This document shows positions 56,721 through 64,000 of a stretch of DNA of 64,000 nt, piece by piece (within the stretch, counting starts at the first letter, position 1; each line of letters starts with the position of its first letter). The notes under the pieces are model-generated. The model was not told the DNA's origin and made no database searches. It was given only the letters and a program-made list of their open reading frames with translations. The position numbers and the translations under genes are program-made. Source of the DNA: Thermoplasmata archaeon (GTDB lineage Archaea > Thermoplasmatota > Thermoplasmata > Lutacidiplasmatales > UBA184); NCBI GenBank assembly GCA_027314915.1, contig DAHUZZ010000010.1:3221-67220 (forward strand). Reading direction: 5' to 3'.

Positions 56721-57797
56721 ATGGCCGAGGCCGCGCCGGCACCCGAGCACGAAGCGATCCTCTACGAGCCGCTGCCCGAGGGCAAGGTGCGCTGCACGGC
56801 CTGCGCCCGCTACTGCATCATCCCCCCCGGGTCCCACGGGTTCTGCTACGTCCGAGCGAACGTCGGCGGAAAGCTCGACCTGCTCGTCTACGGCCGGGTC
56901 GCGGCGCTCCAGGTCGACCCGGTCGAGAAGAAGCCGCTCTCGCACTTCCACCCCGGCACCCGGGTGCTCTCCCTGGGGACGGTCGGGTGCAACTGGCGGT
57001 GCCGGTACTGCCAGAACGCCGAGATCTCGCAGGAGAGCGCGGTCGCGGGCCGTTCCTACTCGCCGCGGCAGATCGTCCGCCGGGCGGTCGAGCTCGGCTG
57101 CCAGGGGGTCACCTTCACCTACAACGAGCCCACGATCTTCCTCGAGTACGCCCTGGACGTCATCGAGGCGGCGCACGCGGAGGGGCTCTTCACGAACTTC
57201 GTGACGAACGGCTACCTGACGCCGGAGGCGGTCGGGCTCCTCGGACCGAAGCTCGACGCCATCTCCGTCGACTTCAAGGGGAGCGGCGAGGAGCGCTTCA
57301 TGCGGAAGTACATCACCGCGAAGGGCCCCGCCCCCATCCTCTCGACGCTGACCGATCTGCGGCGCCACGGGGTCCACATCGAGGTCACCGACCTGATCGT
57401 CCCGGAGGTCGGGGAGGACGACGCGGCGCTCCAGGAGCTCGCGCGGTTCGTCGTCCGCGAGCTCGGACCGGCGACGCCGTTCCATCTCCTGAGGTGGCAC
57501 CCGGACTACCGGATGTTGGAGTTCCCGGTCACCCCGATCCCGACGCTCGAACGGCTCCACCGGCTCGCCGTCGCCGAGGGGCTCGAGTACGTCTACCTCG
57601 GCAACGTCTGGGGCCACCCGCTCGAGCACACCTACTGCCCGGCGTGCCACGCGGTCGCCATCGAGCGCTACGGGTTCATGATCCGGGCCTGGAACCTGGA
57701 TGCGGGCCATCGGTGCCGGGCGTGCGGCCATACGATCCCGATCGTCGGCCAGCTGCCTCCGGCGTACACTCCGGCCGGGGCGCTGCCGGTCCTGTGA
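56721..57797 (+). CDS. AmmeMemoRadiSam-system radical SAM enzyme
   Basis: In frame in ORF 56637..57797 from ATG 56721. N-terminal CTACARYCIIPPGSHGFC cluster motif, VDPVEKKPLSHFHPG, and the radical SAM motif GCNWRCRYCQN. Confidence 0.85.
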   Translation: MAEAAPAPEHEAILYEPLPEGKVRCTACARYCIIPPGSHGFCYVRANVGGKLDLLVYGRVAALQVDPVEKKPLSHFHPGTRVLSLGTVGCNWRCRYCQNAEISQESAVAGRSYSPRQIVRRAVELGCQGVTFTYNEPTIFLEYALDVIEAAHAEGLFTNFVTNGYLTPEAVGLLGPKLDAISVDFKGSGEERFMRKYITAKGPAPILSTLTDLRRHGVHIEVTDLIVPEVGEDDAALQELARFVVRELGPATPFHLLRWHPDYRMLEFPVTPIPTLERLHRLAVAEGLEYVYLGNVWGHPLEHTYCPACHAVAIERYGFMIRAWNLDAGHRCRACGHTIPIVGQLPPAYTPAGALPVL

Positions 57798-57856
57798 GCC
57801 GGGGCGAGCCTCATTACCTCCCGTCCGTCCGGGTCCCCCTGGCGGAGGATCCTCGG

Positions 57857-58186
57857 ATGCCCATCCTCTTCGGGGAGAGCGCGGTCACCGACGCCCAGCT
57901 CGACGAGATGCTGGAGGACTTCCGGTCCGGTCTCACGGGGCGGATCGACCTCGCCGACACCATGGCCGCCGACGGGAAGGACCCCCTGAGCTTCCTCACG
58001 GCCCGCGGCCTCGCCGGGGAGCTCGTCCGCCTCATCGATCTCGCGCGCGCGCCCGGGGCCGGACGCGAGCTCAAGATCCGCGCCGTGAACGTCGCCTACG
58101 AGGGCTTCCTCGCGGTCGTCGATCTGGTGAAGACGCACTCCGGCGGCCCGACGGTCCCCGCGGCCCGGACGCCGCGGGACGGCTAG
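57857..58186 (+). CDS. hypothetical protein
   Basis: Tail of ORF 56987..58186 from ATG 57857, preceded by GGCGGAGGAT. 109 aa with balanced composition. Confidence 0.5.
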   Translation: MPILFGESAVTDAQLDEMLEDFRSGLTGRIDLADTMAADGKDPLSFLTARGLAGELVRLIDLARAPGAGRELKIRAVNVAYEGFLAVVDLVKTHSGGPTVPAARTPRDG

Positions 58187-58287
58187 ATTCCGGCCGTTCC
58201 CCCCGGCGGAACGGTACCGCCCATGGCGGCGCGCTACCGCAGCCTCCCGCACACGAGCGTTAAGAACCCGCGCGGTCGTCGGGGCCC

Positions 58288-59109
58288 GTGGAGCCTCGTC
58301 GCGTCTCGATCCACTGCGAGGATCGGGAGCTGGCGGGCTACCTCGCCCTTCCGGAGCTCCCTCCGGGCCGGACCGCCCCGGGGGTCATCCTGATCCACGA
58401 GATCTTCGGGCCGGACGCCCACATCCAGGAGGTCGCCCGGCGGTTCGCCGCCGAGGGCTACGCCGCGCTCGCCCCGAACCTGTTCACCGGGGAGCTCGAG
58501 GCGATCCTGACCCCGGCGAACATCGCGCTCGCGATGCAGGCGTTCGCCCAGGCCCCGCCGGACCTCCGGCGGAACCCCGCCAAGTTCGCCGAGTTCGCCG
58601 CCACGCAACCGCCCGAGCGCCGTCCGGTGCTCGGGGCGTTCGCCCGGATCCAGAGCCCGGACGCGCTCGCGGGGTTCGCCCAGGACCTACTGGGCGTCCA
58701 CGCGTTCCTCGCGGAGCTGTCCGAGGTCGACACGGACCGGATCGGGTCGCTGGGATTCTGCTTCGGCGGGGCGATGTCCGCGCGGCTCGCCACCGTGGAC
58801 CCCGAGCTCCGGGCGGCGGTGATCTTCTACGGCCAGAACCCGCCGCTCGTGGACGTGCCCCGGATCCGGGCCGCTCTCCTCGGGCTCTACGGGGCCGAGG
58901 ACCCGGGGATCACCGGCACCGTCCCGGAGCTCGCCGAGGCCGTGCGGAAGGCGGGCGGGAGCTTCGAGTACCGCATCTACCCCGGGGCGCGGCACGCCTT
59001 CTTCAACGATACCCGGCCGAACTACCACGCCGACAGCGCCCGCGACGCATGGCCGCGGGTCCTCGACTTCTTCGCCCGGAGCCTCGCGCCCGGCGCGCCC
59101 CCCGGCTGA
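58288..59109 (+). CDS. dienelactone hydrolase family protein
   Basis: ORF track. GVILIHEIFG...; nucleophile context SLGFCFGG; C-terminal YPGARHAFFN. Confidence 0.85.
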   Translation: MEPRRVSIHCEDRELAGYLALPELPPGRTAPGVILIHEIFGPDAHIQEVARRFAAEGYAALAPNLFTGELEAILTPANIALAMQAFAQAPPDLRRNPAKFAEFAATQPPERRPVLGAFARIQSPDALAGFAQDLLGVHAFLAELSEVDTDRIGSLGFCFGGAMSARLATVDPELRAAVIFYGQNPPLVDVPRIRAALLGLYGAEDPGITGTVPELAEAVRKAGGSFEYRIYPGARHAFFNDTRPNYHADSARDAWPRVLDFFARSLAPGAPPG

Positions 59110-59131
59110 GCCCCCTCCGGAGTCCTCGGCG

Positions 59132-60931
59132 ATGGTGGCCTACAAGTGGACGGTCCTGTCCAACACCACGCTGGGCGGGCTCCTCGCCTCGATCGACGGA
59201 TCGATCCTGCTGATCAGCCTGCCGGTGGTCTTCCGGGGCATCGGGGTGAACCCGTTCGAGGAGGGGAACTTCCCGCTCCTCATCTGGCTCCTGCTCGGCT
59301 ACGGGATCGTCACCGCGACGCTCCTCGTGACCGTCGGCCGGCTCTCGGACATGTGGGGCCGGGCGCGGATGTACAACTTCGGCTTCGCCGTCTTCTCGAC
59401 CGGATCGATCCTCCTCTTCGTCGAGCCGTGGGCGGGCGCCATGGGCGGCTGGGCGCTCGTCTTCTTCCGGCTCATCCAGGCGGTCGGCGCCTCCTTCCTC
59501 TTCGCGAACTCCGCCGCGCTCCTCACCGATGCCTTCCCGCCGGAGGAGCGCGGGAAGGCGATGGGCGTGAACCAGATCGCGTTCATCGGCGGCTCCCTCG
59601 TGGGGCTCATCGTGGGCGGCCTCCTCGCGAGCGTGCCGGATCTCTCGATCGGGCCGTGGGTGCTCCCGACCTGGCGGCTCATCTTCCTGGTGAGCGTCCC
59701 GGTCGGGGTCTTCGGGACCGTCTGGGCGTACGCGAAGCTCCAGGAGACGAGCATCCGCGCGCCGAACCAGCGGATCGACCTCCCCGGCAACGTCACCTTC
59801 GCGGCCGGCCTCACGCTCCTGCTCGTCGGCGTGACCTACGGCCTCCTGCCCTACGGCGGGGCCTCGACGGGCTGGTCGTCGCCGTGGGTGCTCTCCGCGC
59901 TCGTCGCCGGCGCCGGGCTCCTTTTCGGGTTCGTCCTCATCGAGCTCCGGGTGCCGGACCCGATGTTCCGGCTCCACCTCTTCCGGGTCCGGTCGTTCGC
60001 GGCCGGCACGTCGGCCGCCCTCCTGGGATCGCTCGCCCGGGGCGGGCTCATGCTCCTGCTCGTCATCTGGTTCCAGGGGATCTGGCTGCCCCTCCACGGC
60101 TACAGCTTCCGGGAGACGCCCTTCTGGGCCGGCATCCTGATGATGCCGATGATCGCGGGCTTCCTCGTTGCCGGGCCGTTGAGCGGATGGCTCTCGGACC
60201 GCCGGGGGCCCCGGCTCCTGGCGACGGCCGGGATGTCGATCGGGGCGGCGGCCTTCTTCGGCCTCGCCCTCCTGCCGGTCGACTTCGCCTACTGGCAGAT
60301 GGGGCTCTTGCTCTTCGCGAACGGATGCGGCATGGGGATGTTCGCCTCCCCCAACGCGGCCGCCGTGATGAACTCGGTCCCGCCGGAGAACCGGGGCGCC
60401 GCGTCCGGGATGCTCGCGACGCTGCAGAACACCGGGCAGCAGATGTCGCTCGCGATCTTCTTCACCGTCGTGATCGTCGGCCTCGCCGCCGGCCTGGGGT
60501 CGAGCGTCCCGCCGGCCCTCGCCGTGGCCGGCGTGCCGGCCGTGGACTCGGCCCTCCTCGGCCACGTGATCGCGTCGAACCCGACCGGCGCGCTCTTCGG
60601 GGCGTTCCTCGGGGAGAATCCCATGACCGGCGTGCTCGCGGTCACCGCGACGCTCCCGGGATGGACCCCCTTGCCTCCGGGCGTCGAGGCGACGCTGCTC
60701 GGACCGCACTTCTTCGCCACCGCGATCCGGGGCGGCTTCGGCACGGCCATCTCCGGTGCGTTCGTCGTGGCCGGGTGCATCACCCTGGTGGCCGCCCTCG
60801 TCTCCGCCCTGCGGGGGGTACGGTACATCCATCCCGCCCCGATCCACGTGGGCGCCCCCGGCGAACCCCGCCCCCCGCCCGGACCCGATCCTGCCGCGGC
60901 GGCCGCCCGCCGGCTCGACCCTCGGCGCTGA
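59132..60931 (+). CDS. MFS transporter, DHA2/EmrB-like (14 TM)
   Basis: ORF track, 599 aa. Contains the GRLSDMWGRARMY loop motif and about 14 helices. Confidence 0.88.
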   Translation: MVAYKWTVLSNTTLGGLLASIDGSILLISLPVVFRGIGVNPFEEGNFPLLIWLLLGYGIVTATLLVTVGRLSDMWGRARMYNFGFAVFSTGSILLFVEPWAGAMGGWALVFFRLIQAVGASFLFANSAALLTDAFPPEERGKAMGVNQIAFIGGSLVGLIVGGLLASVPDLSIGPWVLPTWRLIFLVSVPVGVFGTVWAYAKLQETSIRAPNQRIDLPGNVTFAAGLTLLLVGVTYGLLPYGGASTGWSSPWVLSALVAGAGLLFGFVLIELRVPDPMFRLHLFRVRSFAAGTSAALLGSLARGGLMLLLVIWFQGIWLPLHGYSFRETPFWAGILMMPMIAGFLVAGPLSGWLSDRRGPRLLATAGMSIGAAAFFGLALLPVDFAYWQMGLLLFANGCGMGMFASPNAAAVMNSVPPENRGAASGMLATLQNTGQQMSLAIFFTVVIVGLAAGLGSSVPPALAVAGVPAVDSALLGHVIASNPTGALFGAFLGENPMTGVLAVTATLPGWTPLPPGVEATLLGPHFFATAIRGGFGTAISGAFVVAGCITLVAALVSALRGVRYIHPAPIHVGAPGEPRPPPGPDPAAAAARRLDPRR

Positions 60932-61190
60932 ACCGGGTCCGGGCCGCCCGGCCCCCGCCGACGGGGGCCCCGGGGACCCTTCGATCGAACGGCACGGTCC
61001 GGACCGCGTTCGGTCGTGCGATGTCGAACGAGGACGTTACCGGCGCGGCGAGGCCCCGTGGACGGGCTCGGTGATCCGGTCCCCGGGCCCCGCCCTCGGC
61101 CCCGAGCTCGGGACCCCCGGCCCCGGGGGGCCAGTACGCACCGCCTTTACTTCAACGGACCCCGGCATCCCTGAGGCCGGGGGGGGTCCC

Positions 61191-62306
61191 GTGGCATCCA
61201 CGGACGCGTCTCGGTTCGAGCAACGTCCCGTACTGGTCTTCTGGGAGCTGACCCGCGCCTGTCCCCTCGCGTGCGCGCACTGCCGGGCGTCGGCCATCCG
61301 AGAGCGGCTGCCGGGGGAGTTGAGTACGGCCCAGGGGAATACGCTGCTCGAGAGCCTGCGCGACTTCGGACCGCCGTATCCGACGCTCATCCTCACCGGA
61401 GGCGACCCGCTGTCCCATCCCGATCTCTGGGCGATCATCGCCCGTGCCCGGGCGCTCGGCCTCCATGTGGCGGTCTCGCCGGCCGTCTCCCCGCGGCTCT
61501 CTCGGGCCGTCCTGGACCGCTTTCGTGCGCTCGGCGTCGCGTCGATCTCCCTCAGCTTGGACGGCGCCCAGGCGTCGACCCACGAGACGCTCCGGCAGAG
61601 CCCGGGACACTTCGCGCAGACCCTGGAGGCCATCGACCTCGCCCAGGACGCCGGTCTGCGGGTCCAGGTCAACTCGACCGTCACCGGGGCGAGCGCGGCG
61701 GAATGGCCGGAGTTGTTCCAGCTCCTGCGCGACCGCGGGGTCCCCGTCTGGGAGGTCTTCTTCCTGATCCGGACCGGACGCGGGGCCGGTCTCAGCGAGC
61801 TCACCCCATCGGAGGCCGAGGACGTCTGCCACTTCCTCTACGACGCCTCCCAGTATGGGATGGTCATCCGGGCCGTCGAGGCCCCGTTCCTCCGCCGGGT
61901 CCTCCGCGCCCGGCAGGCCGGCGCGCCGCCGCCGCCGAGCCCGCTCTATCGGTCGCTCCGGAGCCGGCTCGAAGGGTCGGCCGGACCGGCCGCGCGTCCC
62001 AGCAGCCTCGCCCCCGTCGGCACCCTCGACGGGGACGGGATCCTCTTCATCGGGCATGATGGGACGATCCATCCCGGAGGACTCGCTCCCGAGGCGCTGG
62101 GCAGGTTCCCGGAACGGCGCCCGGCGGAGGTCTATCGGTCGTCGCCGACGCTGCGGTCGATCCGCCGCCGGGAGTTCCACGGAGCGTGCGGCCGCTGCGC
62201 GCATCGGGCGTACTGCGGCGGGAGCCGGGCCCGCGCGCTCGCGGCGACCGGCGACATCCTCGGGACGGATCCGGCATGCCTCCGGGCGGCATCCGCCGAG
62301 GCGTGA
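61191..62306 (+). CDS. radical SAM enzyme with C-terminal SPASM/Twitch-like Cys cluster (TIGR04053/AhbD-NirJ-like)
   Basis: In frame in ORF 60756..62306 from GTG 61191. FWELTRACPLACAHCRA (Cx3Cx2C). The C-terminal ACGRCAHRAYCGGS...DPAC provides 4 Cys. Confidence 0.85.
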   Translation: MASTDASRFEQRPVLVFWELTRACPLACAHCRASAIRERLPGELSTAQGNTLLESLRDFGPPYPTLILTGGDPLSHPDLWAIIARARALGLHVAVSPAVSPRLSRAVLDRFRALGVASISLSLDGAQASTHETLRQSPGHFAQTLEAIDLAQDAGLRVQVNSTVTGASAAEWPELFQLLRDRGVPVWEVFFLIRTGRGAGLSELTPSEAEDVCHFLYDASQYGMVIRAVEAPFLRRVLRARQAGAPPPPSPLYRSLRSRLEGSAGPAARPSSLAPVGTLDGDGILFIGHDGTIHPGGLAPEALGRFPERRPAEVYRSSPTLRSIRRREFHGACGRCAHRAYCGGSRARALAATGDILGTDPACLRAASAEA

Positions 62307-62803
62307 CCCCGGTGACGAACCTCCTCGACGCGGCGGTCCTGTACACCCACCTGGTCGCGGCGGTCCTGTTCGTCGGCGGCTCCTTCTTCATCTGGTTCGT
62401 CGTCGATCCGGTCTCCTACCAGCTGACCAGCGACGAGTCCTCGCGCACGGCGCTCGTCGGTCGGGTCGCGCGTCAGTTCGGTCGATGGGTGAACGTCCTG
62501 CTCCTCGTCCTCGTCCTCACCGGATTGTTCAACGCGTGGGTGTACCTGGCATCGCCCGGCACCGGGTGGGGCTCCGCCGCCGCGGACGTGCTGCTGGTGA
62601 AGATCGGGGTCGTCGGGCTCCTCATCGCGCTCATCTACCTCCACGGCGCCTACTACGGGCCACGGATCGTGCGGCTGGCCCGAGAAGGGAAGCTCGACCA
62701 ACTGCGAGCCCTGCGCCGTCGGAGCCGCGTCATCTCCTACGTGAACCTGGCCCTGATGCTGGCCGTTCTGTTCCTCGCCGTTCTCCTGCAGACGCCGCCG
62801 TGA
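62303..62803 (+). CDS. 4-TM CopD/HemJ-like membrane protein
   Basis: In frame in ORF 62186..62803. GTG 62303 overlaps the radical SAM stop (GTGA). His in TM1 (VLYTHLVAAVLFVGG) and His in TM3 (LIYLHGAYYG). Confidence 0.7.
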   Translation: MTPVTNLLDAAVLYTHLVAAVLFVGGSFFIWFVVDPVSYQLTSDESSRTALVGRVARQFGRWVNVLLLVLVLTGLFNAWVYLASPGTGWGSAAADVLLVKIGVVGLLIALIYLHGAYYGPRIVRLAREGKLDQLRALRRRSRVISYVNLALMLAVLFLAVLLQTPP

Positions 62804-63810
62804 CGGGTTCGATGGGGGCCTTACCGACGGCCGCACCGGGGACCCGCGGCCCCCTTCCGTCCGGGGGCGCCGCGGCGGGTCGCTCGACCTCCGCGGTCCT
62901 CCTCATGGCCTTGGGCGCGCCGACGTCGCTGGACGAGGTCGAGCCGTTCCTTCGCGATCTGCGGGGCGGACGGCCCACGCCACCCGAGCTCATCGAGGAG
63001 TTCCGGGAGCGCTATCGACGGATCGGGGGGGCGTCTCCGTTGCTCGAGGTCTCGCGGTCCCAGGCCGCCGCCCTCGAGCGTCGCCTCGCCGACCGTGGAT
63101 GGCCGGTCCCGTGCACGGTCGGGATGCGACACTGGGCGCCCCGGATCGATGCGGCGGTCCGCGAGCTCTCCGCGGCCGGCGTTCGCGACCTGGTGGCGCT
63201 CTCGCTGACCCCGTACTACTCGAACTGGAGCGTGGGCGGCTACCTGGACGCGCTGCGGGCCGCCGTCTCCGCGAGCGGCGCGTCTTTGAGGATCCATCCC
63301 GTCCGAAGCTGGCATCGCTCGCCGTCGCTCGCCGAGGCGTTCGCGGCCCGGGTGCGGGAGGGGAGGTCGGCCCTGGCCGCCTCGGGCGCTGCGGACCCTT
63401 ACGTCCTCTTCACCGCCCACAGCCTGCCGGAAGGACCGGAGAGCGACACCGAAACGTACGTGCGGCACCTGGACGAGGCGCGCGCGGCGATCCTGGGCCG
63501 GCTGCCCCCGGTCCGGTCCGCGATGGCCTACCAGAGCGTCGGTCGTCGGGGCGGCTCGTGGCTGGGCCCGTCGATGGAGGCCCGCCTGGACGAGCTGACC
63601 CACGCGGGGGAACGATCCGTGCTCGTGGTGCCGTACGGTTTCGTCTCGGACAATCTCGAGATCCTGTACGACATCGATATCGAGCTGCGGGCCCGGGCCG
63701 ACGAGCGCGGGATCCGGCTCGAACGGACCCCCTCCCTCAACGCAGACCCGGGTCTCGTCGAGGCCATGGCGGAGGCGGTGCTCGCGGTCCGGCCGGGACG
63801 TCCCGACTGA
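62800..63810 (+). CDS. hemH: ferrochelatase (HemH/CpfC type)
   Basis: Tail of ORF 61855..63810. GTG 62800 overlaps the upstream stop (GTGA); an alternative ATG is at 62812. Motifs VLLMALGAPTSLDEVEPFL, FTAHSLPE and VVPYGFVSDNLEILYDIDIE. Confidence 0.9.
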   Translation: MTGSMGALPTAAPGTRGPLPSGGAAAGRSTSAVLLMALGAPTSLDEVEPFLRDLRGGRPTPPELIEEFRERYRRIGGASPLLEVSRSQAAALERRLADRGWPVPCTVGMRHWAPRIDAAVRELSAAGVRDLVALSLTPYYSNWSVGGYLDALRAAVSASGASLRIHPVRSWHRSPSLAEAFAARVREGRSALAASGAADPYVLFTAHSLPEGPESDTETYVRHLDEARAAILGRLPPVRSAMAYQSVGRRGGSWLGPSMEARLDELTHAGERSVLVVPYGFVSDNLEILYDIDIELRARADERGIRLERTPSLNADPGLVEAMAEAVLAVRPGRPD

Positions 63811-63938
63811 ACTCGAAGATCGCTACCATCCAAGAGATGGCGTACGGATTCCGGAACGAGTCGCACTTCCGGACGGCGGTGCTGTTCCGTGGTGGAGGCC
63901 TATCACTCTACCCGGGGACCCCCGACAAGCCCGGATGA
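63810..63938 (+). mobile_element. C-terminal remnant (~42 codons) of a DDE transposase (ISL3-like AYGFRN motif)
   Basis: Reading from directly after the hemH stop: LNSKIATIQEMAYGFRNESHFRTAVLFRGGGLSLYPGTPDKPG*. There is no upstream transposase body. Sequence from here to 64000 is visibly less GC-rich. Confidence 0.5.
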
Positions 63939-64000
63939 ACCATCAACAGTGACTCTACCGTGCCGGAACGCTGCATTCCGCCCATCTTGCTGGGGAACCT

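Noticed and set aside
1394-60847. Many very long ORFs in the track, for example 1394..3358, 4333..7089, 9570..11474, 10724..13576 (N-terminal part), 17578..19593, 19707..21812 (N-terminal part), 43314..45887, 43463..46240, 52518..54656 and 59003..60847
   Set aside because: Their translations are dominated by R, P, G, A, E and D with no motifs. They lie antisense to, or out of frame with, genes that have clear family signatures. Stop codons are rare at this GC content, so such shadow ORFs are expected.
1-64000. CRISPR arrays, rRNA genes, integrases and recognisable defence systems
   Set aside because: No regularly spaced direct repeats, rRNA-like conserved blocks or cas, integrase or restriction-enzyme signatures were seen on either strand.

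Overview
Very GC-rich segment (about two-thirds to 70% G+C by eye, not computed) of an archaeal chromosome. Archaeal hallmarks are TBP, Orc1/Cdc6, aIF-1A, an RPA with OB folds and a zinc finger, a class I CCA-adding enzyme, Bud32 kinase and a candidate C/D-box sRNA. A TPP riboswitch points to a Thermoplasmatota-like lineage (inference only). I support about 70 protein genes. They cover information processing (tbp, cdc6, rpa, aIF1A, cca, tmk), cofactor metabolism (pdxS, lipA, larB, trpB2, hemH, nnr), nickel uptake (NiCoT plus nikR) and a riboswitch-controlled thiamine-type ABC importer. There is also a fatty-acid/acyl-CoA set: two ACADs, EtfAB, FixC, crotonase, thiolase with DUF35, and an acyl-CoA ligase. 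Several transporters and hydrolases complete the list. Many long alternative-frame ORFs in the track are R/P/G-rich artefacts of the high GC content and were not called. No tRNA, rRNA or CRISPR array was found. The observation I rate highest is at the right end (61.2-63.9 kb). There a radical-SAM/SPASM-like enzyme, a 4-TM His-bearing CopD/HemJ-like membrane protein and a HemH-type ferrochelatase are joined by GTGA start/stop overlaps. This module directly abuts a transposase C-terminal remnant. It may be a horizontally acquired, non-canonical terminal heme-synthesis module in an archaeon (hypothesis). Other items are a truncated heme-copper oxidase subunit I remnant, an M29 aminopeptidase split by a frameshift at a homopolymer, and a stand-alone ThiI PP-loop enzyme coupled to a 90-aa ORF. 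A triple zinc-ribbon protein lies behind the RPA operon. TGTACA-like boxes lie between an ACT-domain regulator and trpB2. Promoter architecture is mostly leaderless, with TATA-like elements about 25 nt upstream of start codons.
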